Source: Podarcis pityusensis
Taxonomy: Eukaryota
Assembly: GCA_964106645.2 (NCBI GenBank)
Contig: OZ067045.1
Strand: one strand, 5' to 3'
Length of the DNA stretch: 64,000 nt
The position numbers were made by a program, and so were the translations under genes. The first letter of the stretch is position 1. Every line of letters starts with the position of its first letter. Positions 1-9,946 of the stretch are shown here, piece after piece. The notes beneath the pieces were generated by a model, which ran no database searches, was not told where the DNA came from, and was given only the letters and a program-made list of their open reading frames with translations.

Positions 1-89
1 CATTGACTGAAGTGGTTGATTGGGGATATATGTGGTAAAGGGAAAAGGGAAAGGAAAGGGGAAAAGCCAAGTGTGTCTCCCTGTGAAGA

Positions 90-295
90 GCACCCCACGG
101 GCAGGGAGCTACTGCTTGAAAGGGCTATGTTCATTTTGCCACCTTCCAGGCCTCCTGTGGAGGAAGCAGACGGAGAAGGACCTCAGACACTGATCACAGG
201 GTCCAGGTCAGTTCATGTGGGGAGAGGTGGTCCTAGAGGTATTTGAATCCTGAACTGCACAAGACTTTATACATTAAAAGCAGCACTTTGAATTG
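90..295 (-). mobile_element. Old L2-type LINE fragment
   Basis: Degenerate similarity to the younger L2 copy at 4343-5054 (e.g. ...cactttgaattg, ggtcc..aggta); boundaries approximate. Confidence 0.5.
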
Positions 296-558
296 ATAAG
301 CACACAATTCAATATCATAATATAGTACATAATTTTTCATTGTTATTCCGTTCCTTATTTACTTCTAGATGCCCAAATGTCAAGCTGTTATATGTGCAGC
401 CTAATCACAAATTTCTACTCCTTCCACTTTAGAGTGAAAGCTCAACAGTAGCTTATATAAAACTACTTATTCAATGAAGAAAGAAAATGGCTATGCACAC
501 CTATGTGTTCCTTCCTTTTCCACTATCGCTCAGAATATAAAAGACCTCTACATATGTT

Positions 559-695
559 CAGGGCTTTTTTCCAGCAGGAATTCACCAGAATTCAGTTCCA
601 GCACCTTTTAGGTGGGTGCCATTGCCATTATAAGAAAACAAGGGAGGCGTTCCTGGTGAGTTCTGGCACCTCTTTTCCTAGAAAAAATAGCACTG
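559..695. mobile_element. hAT-type MITE (137 bp)
   Basis: Imperfect TIRs CAGGGCTTTTTT / CAGTGCTATTTT; 8-bp TSD catatgtt (551-558) / catatgct (696-703). Confidence 0.8.
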
Positions 696-1187
696 CATAT
701 GCTGCTGTATATAGACATAGACTTCTTTGTGACACATTCCAAATACACTGACCTCCTCTATGCATTTTTTAAAAAAATGTTCTTGTAACATAAAAATTCA
801 GGAGGAGTGGAATGGAGTACAGACCTAACCAACAGAACAGAGAAGGAACAGAACAGAGGAAATATGCTGATCCCTACATGACGTTAACAAAAAAATCAAT
901 ACACTAGATATTTCCAGCACTTCAGAATTAGCCACAATCCAATTAGAAGATAAATCTGTCCTAGAAAGTTTTAAATTCCTTGGTGACTACCGTATCTTAA
1001 AATCATTCTAACCCAAGTTGTGACTTTCAGCACCAGTCCCAGACATTTTGAAAAAGACTGAAGCCCAATTCTCATTTGTGAAGAGAAAGAGACATTTGCA
1101 AAATAAACAGAACAAAGCAAGCAGAAAGAAATAAAACATGACACATGACAATCTGTTGTGTAAAATTTATGCATTATATATATTTAC

Positions 1188-1305
1188 CTTGATTTTTCTC
1201 AATTGTGAAATTTGGATTGTTGGCCATTTCCTGTGGAAGGTTGTAAACAAAATAGTGTCCATTTTTAGGATCATCTTTGTCAATGGCTCTCATCGTATGA
1301 ATGAC
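1188..1305 (-). CDS. CDH8: Cadherin-8 internal coding exon (118 bp, human exon 10 equivalent; EC5); absent from the supplied ORF track
   Basis: Read manually on the minus strand: tgtag|GTC ATT CAT... gives [39 protein letters not shown], then G|gtaaat. Size and phase fit; resembles CDH8 [19 protein letters not shown]. Confidence 0.95.
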
Positions 1306-3547
1306 CTACAACAGGATAAAGAAAACAAAAAGTTTTATCTAAATCAAAATCAGTTCACAGGTTTGACTAAACTGCACATGGGAAGGGGGGAAAGTTATGG
1401 CTGCAATCCTACATCCAATTACCTGGAAGTGAGCCCTATTAAACTCAATGAGACTTATTTCTGAGTAAACATTTATAGGATTGTTTTGTAAGTTTAAACC
1501 AGTCACATCCCAGTAAATTCATTGAGGGTGATGTGAACTAAGTTTGTTGGACATAGTTCCCACTGAAATCAATGGCACAAGTAATGACTAGCTTGCCCCA
1601 TTAATTTCAATGAGATTTAAATCCAGCTAAAATAATTAGTCTGGATCCAACCCATGATAAAACTAGACTTATCTAGGATTGCCAACTTTTTTACAAGCCT
1701 TTGCTCCTGTGCCTTCTTACAGCAGCTTTTTCAGCAGATGTTAGCAAGAGATCATTGCCAAAGCTAAGCACTTTTTAAATTCTCTTGATTTTGGGTAGGG
1801 GGAGGGGATAAGCATATAATTCACTTCCTGCAAAATTAAGTCAACCATAACAGCCCTGTGCTAACCATTTTTTTGCATCATAGTAATTCCCATTGGTTTC
1901 AATGGGCCTCAATTTGGAGCAAGTATGATGGAGCCTGCAGCCTAAAAGTGTGTAACTTGAGCTGTGTTGTGCCCCGCATTAATCGCTAAGAAGCTCCAGG
2001 TGTTCCCTGTTCAGCAATTCTGCAACAGTGAGTGTGTTGGATGAGTAGTTGCTATTAGCTTCACTGTTTATTAACGCTGTGTCCTTTGACAGGTGTTAAA
2101 TTAGCACAGCGAAGGTAGGAAGATTGTGTTCTCACTGCTGTTGTGAATAATTTCTCAGTTTATTTCATATATTGTTTTGTCCTTGCATAGAAATGCCAAA
2201 GGCTATAACTGCTTGCATTCCATGACATTTTGGCTCCAGTTTTATCTACCTACCTAGCCACCCACCCACTTTCCAATGCTCATCGCATCTCACTCTGAAA
2301 ATTAATCTGGAAACTATCTGAGAACATCCCAGAGGATTTTGGGAAAACATAACCTGCATCTTTAATAAGAGACATTTGAGGCAGGCAGGTGGAGGCTGTC
2401 TTCAGGGCAAACTGAGGTTAGTGGGACAATGCCTCATTGGCCTAATGAACCAGTCTCCACTGATCTATGGTTAGACGCTTGCTTAAAACTTTCTCTTTCA
2501 TGCCCACTTCCAGCTTCACCACATCTTGCATTTGTCTGAAGAAGTACTTCAGTACGATTCTACTGTCGACCGATTTAACGGAAGGGCTCCATTTGTTGTA
2601 TTATGAGGGAGGGAGAAATGTATCTTTTACTTGCTCCGCAGCATGCACAGTTTTACAAAACCTCTATCATGCCATCTCCCCAACTTAATCTTCCTAAGAT
2701 TAAAGCAAGATTAGGCTGAGTAACTGTGTAGACGGAGTCTTATTAAATGTAATGCTTGCATCTCCTGAATCTCTGTTATAAGCTTCCATTAAAATCATCC
2801 ACCAAACTTACACGAGAAGTTGCAATTCTCACTCATCTTCACATTTGCTTTTTCTTTTACTAACTCTCTTCAACACGGCTGCTTTCCTCCAAGTTATGTG
2901 GGATGTCATATGAAATAGTGTTGGGTGTGTGCGTGCCAAGTTTGTTGTTTCAGATACTCAAGTCAAGAAATTAAGACTTCAGGTTCCCATAGCAACCTTC
3001 ACCTCACCTTTATGCACATGCAATGCATACAGTGAAGCATTTTACCACATATACAAATATGATGTCATGCAGGCAACTGGAAATGTTCCTGCTATGTGGG
3101 CTCTGGCAAATGCCCAAGACCTTTTTGGTGCCCTGTTCTTCTTCTTCTTCTTCTTTTTTTTTTTTTTACTGTGCTAAAGGTAAGTCATATTTATCTCTTT
3201 CTCTGTGTGCTGAATGACTGCTTAATGAATGACCATTATTATAGTAACTCCTTGGCACTTTGCAGCATGGAGATTACAGCACAAGAGAATGAAAAGGAGG
3301 GGGGCATTCGTGATTGACCTGTCATTATAATGTTTTCCACAATTTATTGCTTTCAGTATATGCAGCACTGTGAATTGCCAGAACAATCTGCATAAGAAAA
3401 AAGTGTGCCTTGGTGGTGGTGAGGTGATGCTCTGAAGAATAACATTTGAAGAAACAGTCATCACATTATTGTTCTTTCACATTGTTGTACATTGCCTTGA
3501 TCTTTTCATATAATGAAGAAAAAGAGTCTGGATTGGAGTCGGCAGTA

Positions 3548-3756
3548 CAGTGGTACCTCGGGTTAAGTACTTAATTCGTTCTGGAGGTCCGTTCTTAACC
3601 TGAAGCACCACTTTAGCTAATGGAGCCTCCTGCTGCTGCCGCGCTGCCAGAACATGATTTCTGTTCTCATCCTGAAGCAAAGTTCTTAACCTGAGGCACT
3701 ATTTCTGGGTTAGCTGAGTCTGTAACCTGAAGCATATGTAACCTGAGGTACCACTG
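3548..3756 (+). mobile_element. Tc1/mariner (pogo/Tigger-like) MITE, family A
   Basis: TIRs CAGTGGTACCTC(G/A)GGTTA with TA on both sides; closely similar copies at 32145, 61004 and 23588. Confidence 0.9.
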
Positions 3757-4152
3757 TATTAGTTTCTCTTCTGAAAACCCTGCACCACATTGTCACTAGT
3801 CATTATTTAAACAGAGATAGTTTTATGATTTACTGTGGTTTTTGTGTTGTAGATTGTAAGATGCCTTGAGTTTCTGTGAAAAATATATAGGGTATTTTTG
3901 CTTCTCCCATATGCCCACTTGACCTCTTCAGACACTATTACTGTTGCCATATAATACTCCTGCAGTTATAAGAAATTGTTCTTTTAGTGTGGCAGCATCT
4001 ACACTTTGGAACTCCCTGCCAATTCATGTCAGGAATGCACCTACATTGTATTCTTTTTTGAGGTGTGCTTAAAACATTTTTGATCAGGCAAGCCTATTCA
4101 GAAACATCAGTGTTGAAAAATCTTCTTCTTCTTCTTTTTTTTTTTACTTTTA

Positions 4153-4345
4153 GGTAGGTATCCATGTTGGTCTGACGCAGTCGAAATAAAAATAAATTAA
4201 AAATTAAAAATTATCCAGTAGCACCTTATAGACCAACTACGTTTGTTCAGGTATAAGCTTTTGTGTGCATGCATCTGAAGAAGGTATCTGAAGAAGTGTG
4301 CATGCACACGAAAGCTTATACCAGAACAAACTTAGTTGGCCTATA
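4153..4345. mobile_element. Penelope-like palindromic element, interrupted by an L2; remainder at about 5071-5090
   Basis: Inverted arms ccagtagcaccttatagaccaactacgtttgttc..ggtataagctt..gtgtgcatgca and tgcatgcacacgaaagcttatacc.gaacaaacttagttggcctata[L2]aggtgctacta; contains a hammerhead-type core. Family assignment from recall. Confidence 0.7.
4283..4322 (+). ncRNA. Minimal type I hammerhead ribozyme motif (Penelope-associated type)
   Basis: Stem I GGUAU/AUACC; core CUGAAGA (4288-4294) plus one extra A; stem II GUGUG-CAUG-CACAC; GAAA (4310-4313); palindromic AGCU in place of stem III; NUH = CUU, with predicted cleavage after 4317. Confidence 0.65.
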
Positions 4346-5054
4346 ATAATAATAATAGTAATTTATTATTTGCACCCCGCCCACCTGGCTGGGTTTCCCC
4401 AGCCACTCTGGGCGGCTTCCACAGAGACCAAAAATACACTAAAATGTGATGCATTAAAAACTTCCCTGAAGTTCCCTTAAGATGTCTTCTGAATGTAAGG
4501 TATTTCTTTATCGCTCTGACATCTGATGGGAGGGCGCTCCACAGGGCGGGCGCCACTACCGAGAAGGCCCTCTGCCTGGTTCCCTGTAGCTTTGCTTCTC
4601 ACAATTAGGGAACCATCAGAAGGCCCTCGGTGCTGGACCTCAGCGTCCGGGCAGAACGATGGGGGTGGAGACGCTCCTTCAGGTATACAGGACCGAGGCT
4701 GTTTAGGGCTTTAAAGGTCAACACCAACACTTTGAATTGTGCTCGGAAATGTACTGGGAGCCAAGGTAGGTCTTTCAAGACCGGTGTTATGTGGTCTCGG
4801 CGGCCGCCCCCAGTCACCAGTCTAGCTGCCGCATTCTGGATTAGTTGTAGTTTCCGGGTCGCCTTCAAAGGTAGCCCCACATAGAGCACATTGCAGTTGA
4901 CAAAGCGGGAGATAACTAGAGCATGCACCACTCTGGCGAGACAGTCCGCGGGCAGGTAGGGTCTCAGCCTGCGTACCAGGTGGAGTTGGTAGACACCTGC
5001 CCTGGATACAGAATTGACCTGCACCTCCATGGACAGCTGTGAGTCCAAAATGAC
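4343..5054 (-). mobile_element. 5'-truncated L2-clade LINE (ORF2 C-terminus, 3'UTR and (TAT)n tail)
   Basis: ORF 4605-5048 has L2-typical motifs (VHALVISR..CN.LY.GLP, LQLIQNAAARLV, DHITPVL..L.WLP..FRAQFKVLVL); CpG-rich, so young; AAT-repeat tracts on both sides. Confidence 0.92.
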
Positions 5055-5929
5055 TAATAATAATAATAATTTATGAGGTGCTACTAGACAATATTTATTT
5101 ATTTATTTATTTATTTATTTACTGTTAATTTAAATTCTCTTTAAATCTTTTAACTGTTTTAACTGTGTTTTTATCATTTTTATATTTTTGTAAACTTCTT
5201 AGAGGTTTTACTACAGACAATTTTTATATGAATTTTGTTAAACAATAAGTAAAACGAAGTAAATTTGTCTGGTGTGAGCCGGTAGAAAAGCAGAAAGGGG
5301 TGGGGAGCAGCCCTTTTTAAAATTTGCAGATTTGTGTAACGAATGCAAATCAGAAAGTGACATGCTTCTCCAGTGGATCTGAGATTAGCATTCTGCTATT
5401 ATGGGTTCAGAATAAAAGCAAGAAGAATTCATTTGGCAGTGTTATACATCAACAGTTTTTAATGCATTCTGTCACGTCACCGGCAGTCGTGGTTGCCACT
5501 CTCAATTATATCAGGACCCAAAATAGAACACGTGGAGGAATGAACTGCATTAGATGGTTCACTCAGTATATTTACAGACTGCAAATAAGGTTTTCTAAGA
5601 GGTTGAGATGTAATCAAGTCCCCTAAGGTGATTCAAACTCAATTTAACTTAGCTGTTAAGTTAACCTACAAATCTGTAAATGTATTCAGATAGTAGAAAG
5701 CAATCACATTCTTTCTTTGTGTCAGATGATCAAGAATTTATTTGGAAGACACAAGAGAATTCAGATCTAGAGGAGCGCCTCTATATTCAGTTTATTCTTG
5801 TATTATTTTTCTTCCCACATGATTGCTATGCTGAATCTGCATTTGAAATTGATTTCTTTGTAAAACACCCACCCACTTCACACTCTCTCTTGGCACTCTG
5901 GTGCACGACTATCCTGTAAATTTTGGGTA

Positions 5930-6335
5930 CCGCCACTTTATCATTTTTTTGCAGTCTTCAGTTCTACACATTTCCAATTCAGTTGGCAAGTGCTGTTTTT
6001 TTTTTTTTATCATGAAAATTCATCAATGCTGGAGTGCACATTTCTTCCGATAAACACATTTTGTGTGCAATTTTGCCTAATGTACACATTTTTGCAAAAC
6101 AATCCCCCTAATATAATGCATTTTTGTATGTTATTTTCACTGATATAGGCATCTATATACATACTTTACCTAGTAAATGAATTTTCGTACACATTACCTG
6201 GCCAGAGAACTGCATTTCAAAATACAGAGAAGTTTAAATTATGAAAGATGGCTGTTTCACTTTGCATATTGTTTCAGAATGTGTGAATTTGATAGCTTTG
6301 CCTTTTAATGTGAACTGAATTTCTCCCCTATCCTT
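5930..6335. repeat. Old AT-rich interspersed repeat (related copies at about 22140-22420 and, inverted, 27665-28010)
   Basis: Shared core ccccctaatataatgcatttttgtat and acacattttt-type motifs; class not determined. Confidence 0.55.
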
Positions 6336-7098
6336 ATATAGCACTGGATTGCTATATAAGGTTGGGATCCCCAAATGGGTGTCACCCTGCCCTACCATGA
6401 ACATTCCAGTAACGTTGCTAGAGTTTTTTTAAAAAAGGGCGGTGGGGGGGGGCAGAAAAGGGGAACAAGAAAAAGCACTAGTGCAAAAGAGGTCAAACTT
6501 AAGAGTTGCAGTCCCACTCGCAGTGACCTCTCCCCTCAGAGCAAGGCCTAGTCTAAGGAGGTAAACAAACTGGACAAGGACAATATTCTGCAATTTTAAA
6601 CTGACCACAACTCTATTGATTCCAGATATAGGTAGAATTTGGCGTAGGCATTGGGTGCATATCTCTCCCAGCCTTCTGGTAGATGGCTGAGGCATGACAG
6701 GGTCGATCATGGGCTTAATGGGTCCATCACAAGACGCAGGTCTAAATTGATGGCCCTTCCACGCTGCTGAACAAAGCTCTATGGCCCATTTGTCACACAC
6801 CTTGGCTTTTGGACAGAGACTTCCAACTAGACACCTCTGACAGAGTACCCCTGTGGTCACACTGTTCTGAAGTGGAGGTGGGGCACCACTTCACCCCCCC
6901 CCCCATGAGATGATAGACTAAGGATTCCACCCCAGTGCCTGGAGATTCACCTCTGCTCTCCACCCCTGGTTTATGGCAACCAGGAGGCTATATTGGGGAG
7001 AGTGTGGCATATTCTACTCAAAAATGAGATTAATGTTTCTTTCTGAATGGACTGCTACCTTCCTGCATCTGACTCCTATCATTGATTTGTTCAGACTA

Positions 7099-7249
7099 GA
7101 GTGGTACCTCGGTTTTCAAACGTAATCCGTTCTGGTAGACCATCCAACTTCCAAAACATTTGAAAACCAAAGAAGTTACTTCTAGGTTTTCAGTGTTCAA
7201 AAACCGAAAAGTTTGACTTCTGAGATGTTCGAAAACCAAGGTACCACTG
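7099..7249. mobile_element. Tc1/mariner-type MITE, family B
   Basis: TIRs (G)AGTGGTACCTCGGTTTTC / GAAAACCAAGGTACCACTG; TA on the left; the right side runs into (TG)n. Confidence 0.8.
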
Positions 7250-7269
7250 TGTGTGTGTGTGCGTATACG

Positions 7270-7305
<36 letters not shown>
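7248..7305. repeat. (TG)n-GCGTATACGC-(CA)n compound microsatellite, quasi-palindromic
   Basis: Directly visible in the sequence. Confidence 0.9.
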
Positions 7306-7312
<7 letters not shown>

Positions 7313-9219
7313 GCAAAGAGAAAGTTCAGCTACTTGATCTAGCCCTAAGCAATGAACAGCTGAAATAAAGCTTTTCTTGTTATTTCTCTTAAATTTCATT
7401 TTGAGCAAACACAAACTGAAATTTCCACAAGAGCAGAAAGGGTTAGTGTGCAGGATCTAGTTGCAACACAGAGCTTTCATTCAGATCTTTTTCTCTTTCT
7501 GACAAGGATTTTATGAGACTAGTCAGTTAATGAAGTAGTTGATGAAGTCATGGCTGTATCCCCCACCCTCACCCCATGTCCACTTACTTGAGGGCTGTTA
7601 CATCCCTGCCAGCTTTGTAGCTAGAATTTATTCCAGCTATTTCAACTACATTTTTATCCATAGAGTTCTCCTGTTATCTGAGATGGGGCAAAAGGTTACA
7701 CATGAGAGAACTTTTTCAGTGGTTGCCCCCAGGCTCTGGAATATGTGAAGGTAAGGCAAGAACATTTCTGATCTTCTTCCTCTAGACACTGTTCACTTGC
7801 TTAGATAGGAGAAGTGGAAAGACAGTGATCACCAGGAGGAAGGAAAGCAGGATGGGGGTGTTCAGGGGTTAGCACTGGGGTCCCTGCTGAGTGTGGGCCT
7901 CAGCAGATGCACAGTGAGCCCTGACACCACCTCATTGGGACCTGGACTTCAGTAGATATTCAATGAACGCCTGGTACTTACTAGGAGCCACATTTCAATA
8001 ATCTCACTCTTCAGTGGTTTGATAGACTGTTTACTATTATAAACTGGGTAACCAGGACAGGAAGGAGCTGCAGAAATGACTGCTGGAAGGTGCAAATGTG
8101 GATTGTTTGCAACAATCAAATCTTGGCACACATAGTTTTTGTATAGGCCCACAATAAGAAACAAATTCCAACTCTATTATCAGGTAAGCTGCTTTGGTAA
8201 ATGGTGAATTTAATGCCAAACACCCACGAGGCACAAGAATAGCTGGATTAACAACTCTAGTGTCATGCTGTCAACTGCTGTTTATTTAAATTAAAATGTC
8301 ACTACCCAGAAATAAATGAGGTAGCTACAAAGCTCCGGATTTCTGTCACTCAGCGTCTTCACAAGCTGGATAATAAAAACGATTCTGTTTCATTTGTGCT
8401 ATATTGCTTCCTAGGAGATTAGGTTCCGTTACATCATTCAACACAACTCCAAACTGAATGATGGACAAGGCAGGCACTGTGGATCCAGATTTCTAGGATA
8501 GGGTAGAGGAGTTGTTCAACATTTCTCTCCCTTATATGCCCGGGCCTCTTCTATTCTCCTTTCCACCTTGTTCCTGCCTTATTTCACCCATTCTTAAACA
8601 GTTTTTCTAAGAAAGTGTGAAATATCATGATCCCACAACTTCTACTTATACCAGAGAGATTGTGAACAATTCTGTCTTAAAAAGGCTCCATTTTCCCTTT
8701 TTATCTAAATCCAGAACAATTGTGGCCATTTTTTTTTTTTGGGGGGGGTAGATATGTCTGTTCATGTGACCTGCACAATGGGTAGATTTAATGGCAGGCT
8801 AGTGGTTTCAAGCCTTGCCCCTGAATTATATACCCATTCAGTCAGCCATGTAAATAGACTCATCTTGTTCATAAACCATAGATGTTTAGGCTTGGCCATG
8901 CAGAAAGCACGCAAACAATTCCTGATCATGTGCAGACAGCCTACATTCAGTCTCTGCATGTGTAAGATCTGCTCATGTCATTAAATGAACACATGGAGAT
9001 TGGAGTGATGTTCAAGTCATCTTCATTCTCCTTCATTCTCAGTATGTTGATTGTGCGAACAGAGCTCATGTCACAGTAGCACAGACAGCAAGAAATGTGC
9101 AACTAAATCATTCCTTGAGTGTAGAGCAGGAGAGATTATCAGGAGCGCAAGCCTGACTCTGCCTAACTACTCTCCTCCACTTCCTGTCTAGGAATACCAT
9201 AAACTCCCATTCCCTCTTA

Positions 9220-9558
9220 CAGGTGTGGGGAACCTTTTTCAGCCTGAGGGCTGCATTCCATTCTGGAAAGCTTTGCAAAATCCACGTACCAGTGGTGGAC
9301 AAGACCAGAGGCAGAAACTGGTGAAGAAATTAGCCTGTTGTTTACCTTTGTACACTAGACTATTTTCTAACACATTTGCACACTTCTCCCTATGTGCCAT
9401 CGAGACAAGCAAGAGACATTATCAGAGTTCAAGGACACATTCCAGCTAGACTTGTGATGTGAAGTAGGGCCTTGGAGAGGTATGGCCTATAGAAAGTTCT
9501 GAGGGCCAGATAGAGAGGCATGGGAGGCCACATTTGGGCCTGAGGTTCCTGTAGCTGC
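9220..9558 (+). mobile_element. Old hAT-like non-autonomous element (related copies at about 48030-48395, 53475-54100 and 62820-63205)
   Basis: Starts CAGGTGTGGGGAACCTTT; shared internal segment attatcagagttcaaggacacatt also at 48207-48230. Confidence 0.6.
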
Positions 9559-9824
9559 CCAGGGTACATATGGTACCCTGATCACTGGCCATGTTGACCC
9601 TGGGAGAATGAGGCCAAAACATCTGGAGAGAGTTGTGTTGGCTACTCATGGTCTATACAGTACCAAGTGACTCGCTTGGTCTAAGTATAAGATACCTTCC
9701 TATTTTCAATTTCACACGTAATCAGGGAAAATATTTAACTCACATTAACAGACAGGGAACAGGGAAGGTTTTTTGGGGTCAGGGCAAACCCACTATACAG
9801 TGTGGACAACAGAGAAATATTTAC

Positions 9825-9946
9825 TTTTCCGGTTTTTCCATTTTCACACAAATAGGCTTCATTCCCTGATGCAAGTTCGGGAGCGTTGTCATTTACATCG
9901 AGAACTTTGATAGCAACAGGCACTCGAGATATTTGACTGGGGTTTC
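9825..9946 (-). CDS. CDH8: Cadherin-8 internal coding exon (122 bp, human exon 9 equivalent; EC4/EC5 junction)
   Basis: Encodes (R)NPSQISRVPVAIKVLDVNDNAPELASGNEAYLCENGKTGK with the DVNDNAP motif. Acceptor ttctcttag|, donor AAA|gtaaat. Confidence 0.95.

Noticed and set aside
4605-5048. 147-aa ORF as a host gene
   Set aside because: It is the C-terminal part of a 5'-truncated L2 ORF2.
6429-6860. 143-aa minus-strand ORF
   Set aside because: Non-ATG start, no recognisable domain or exon signals, ends in low-complexity sequence; other frames were not recognisable either.
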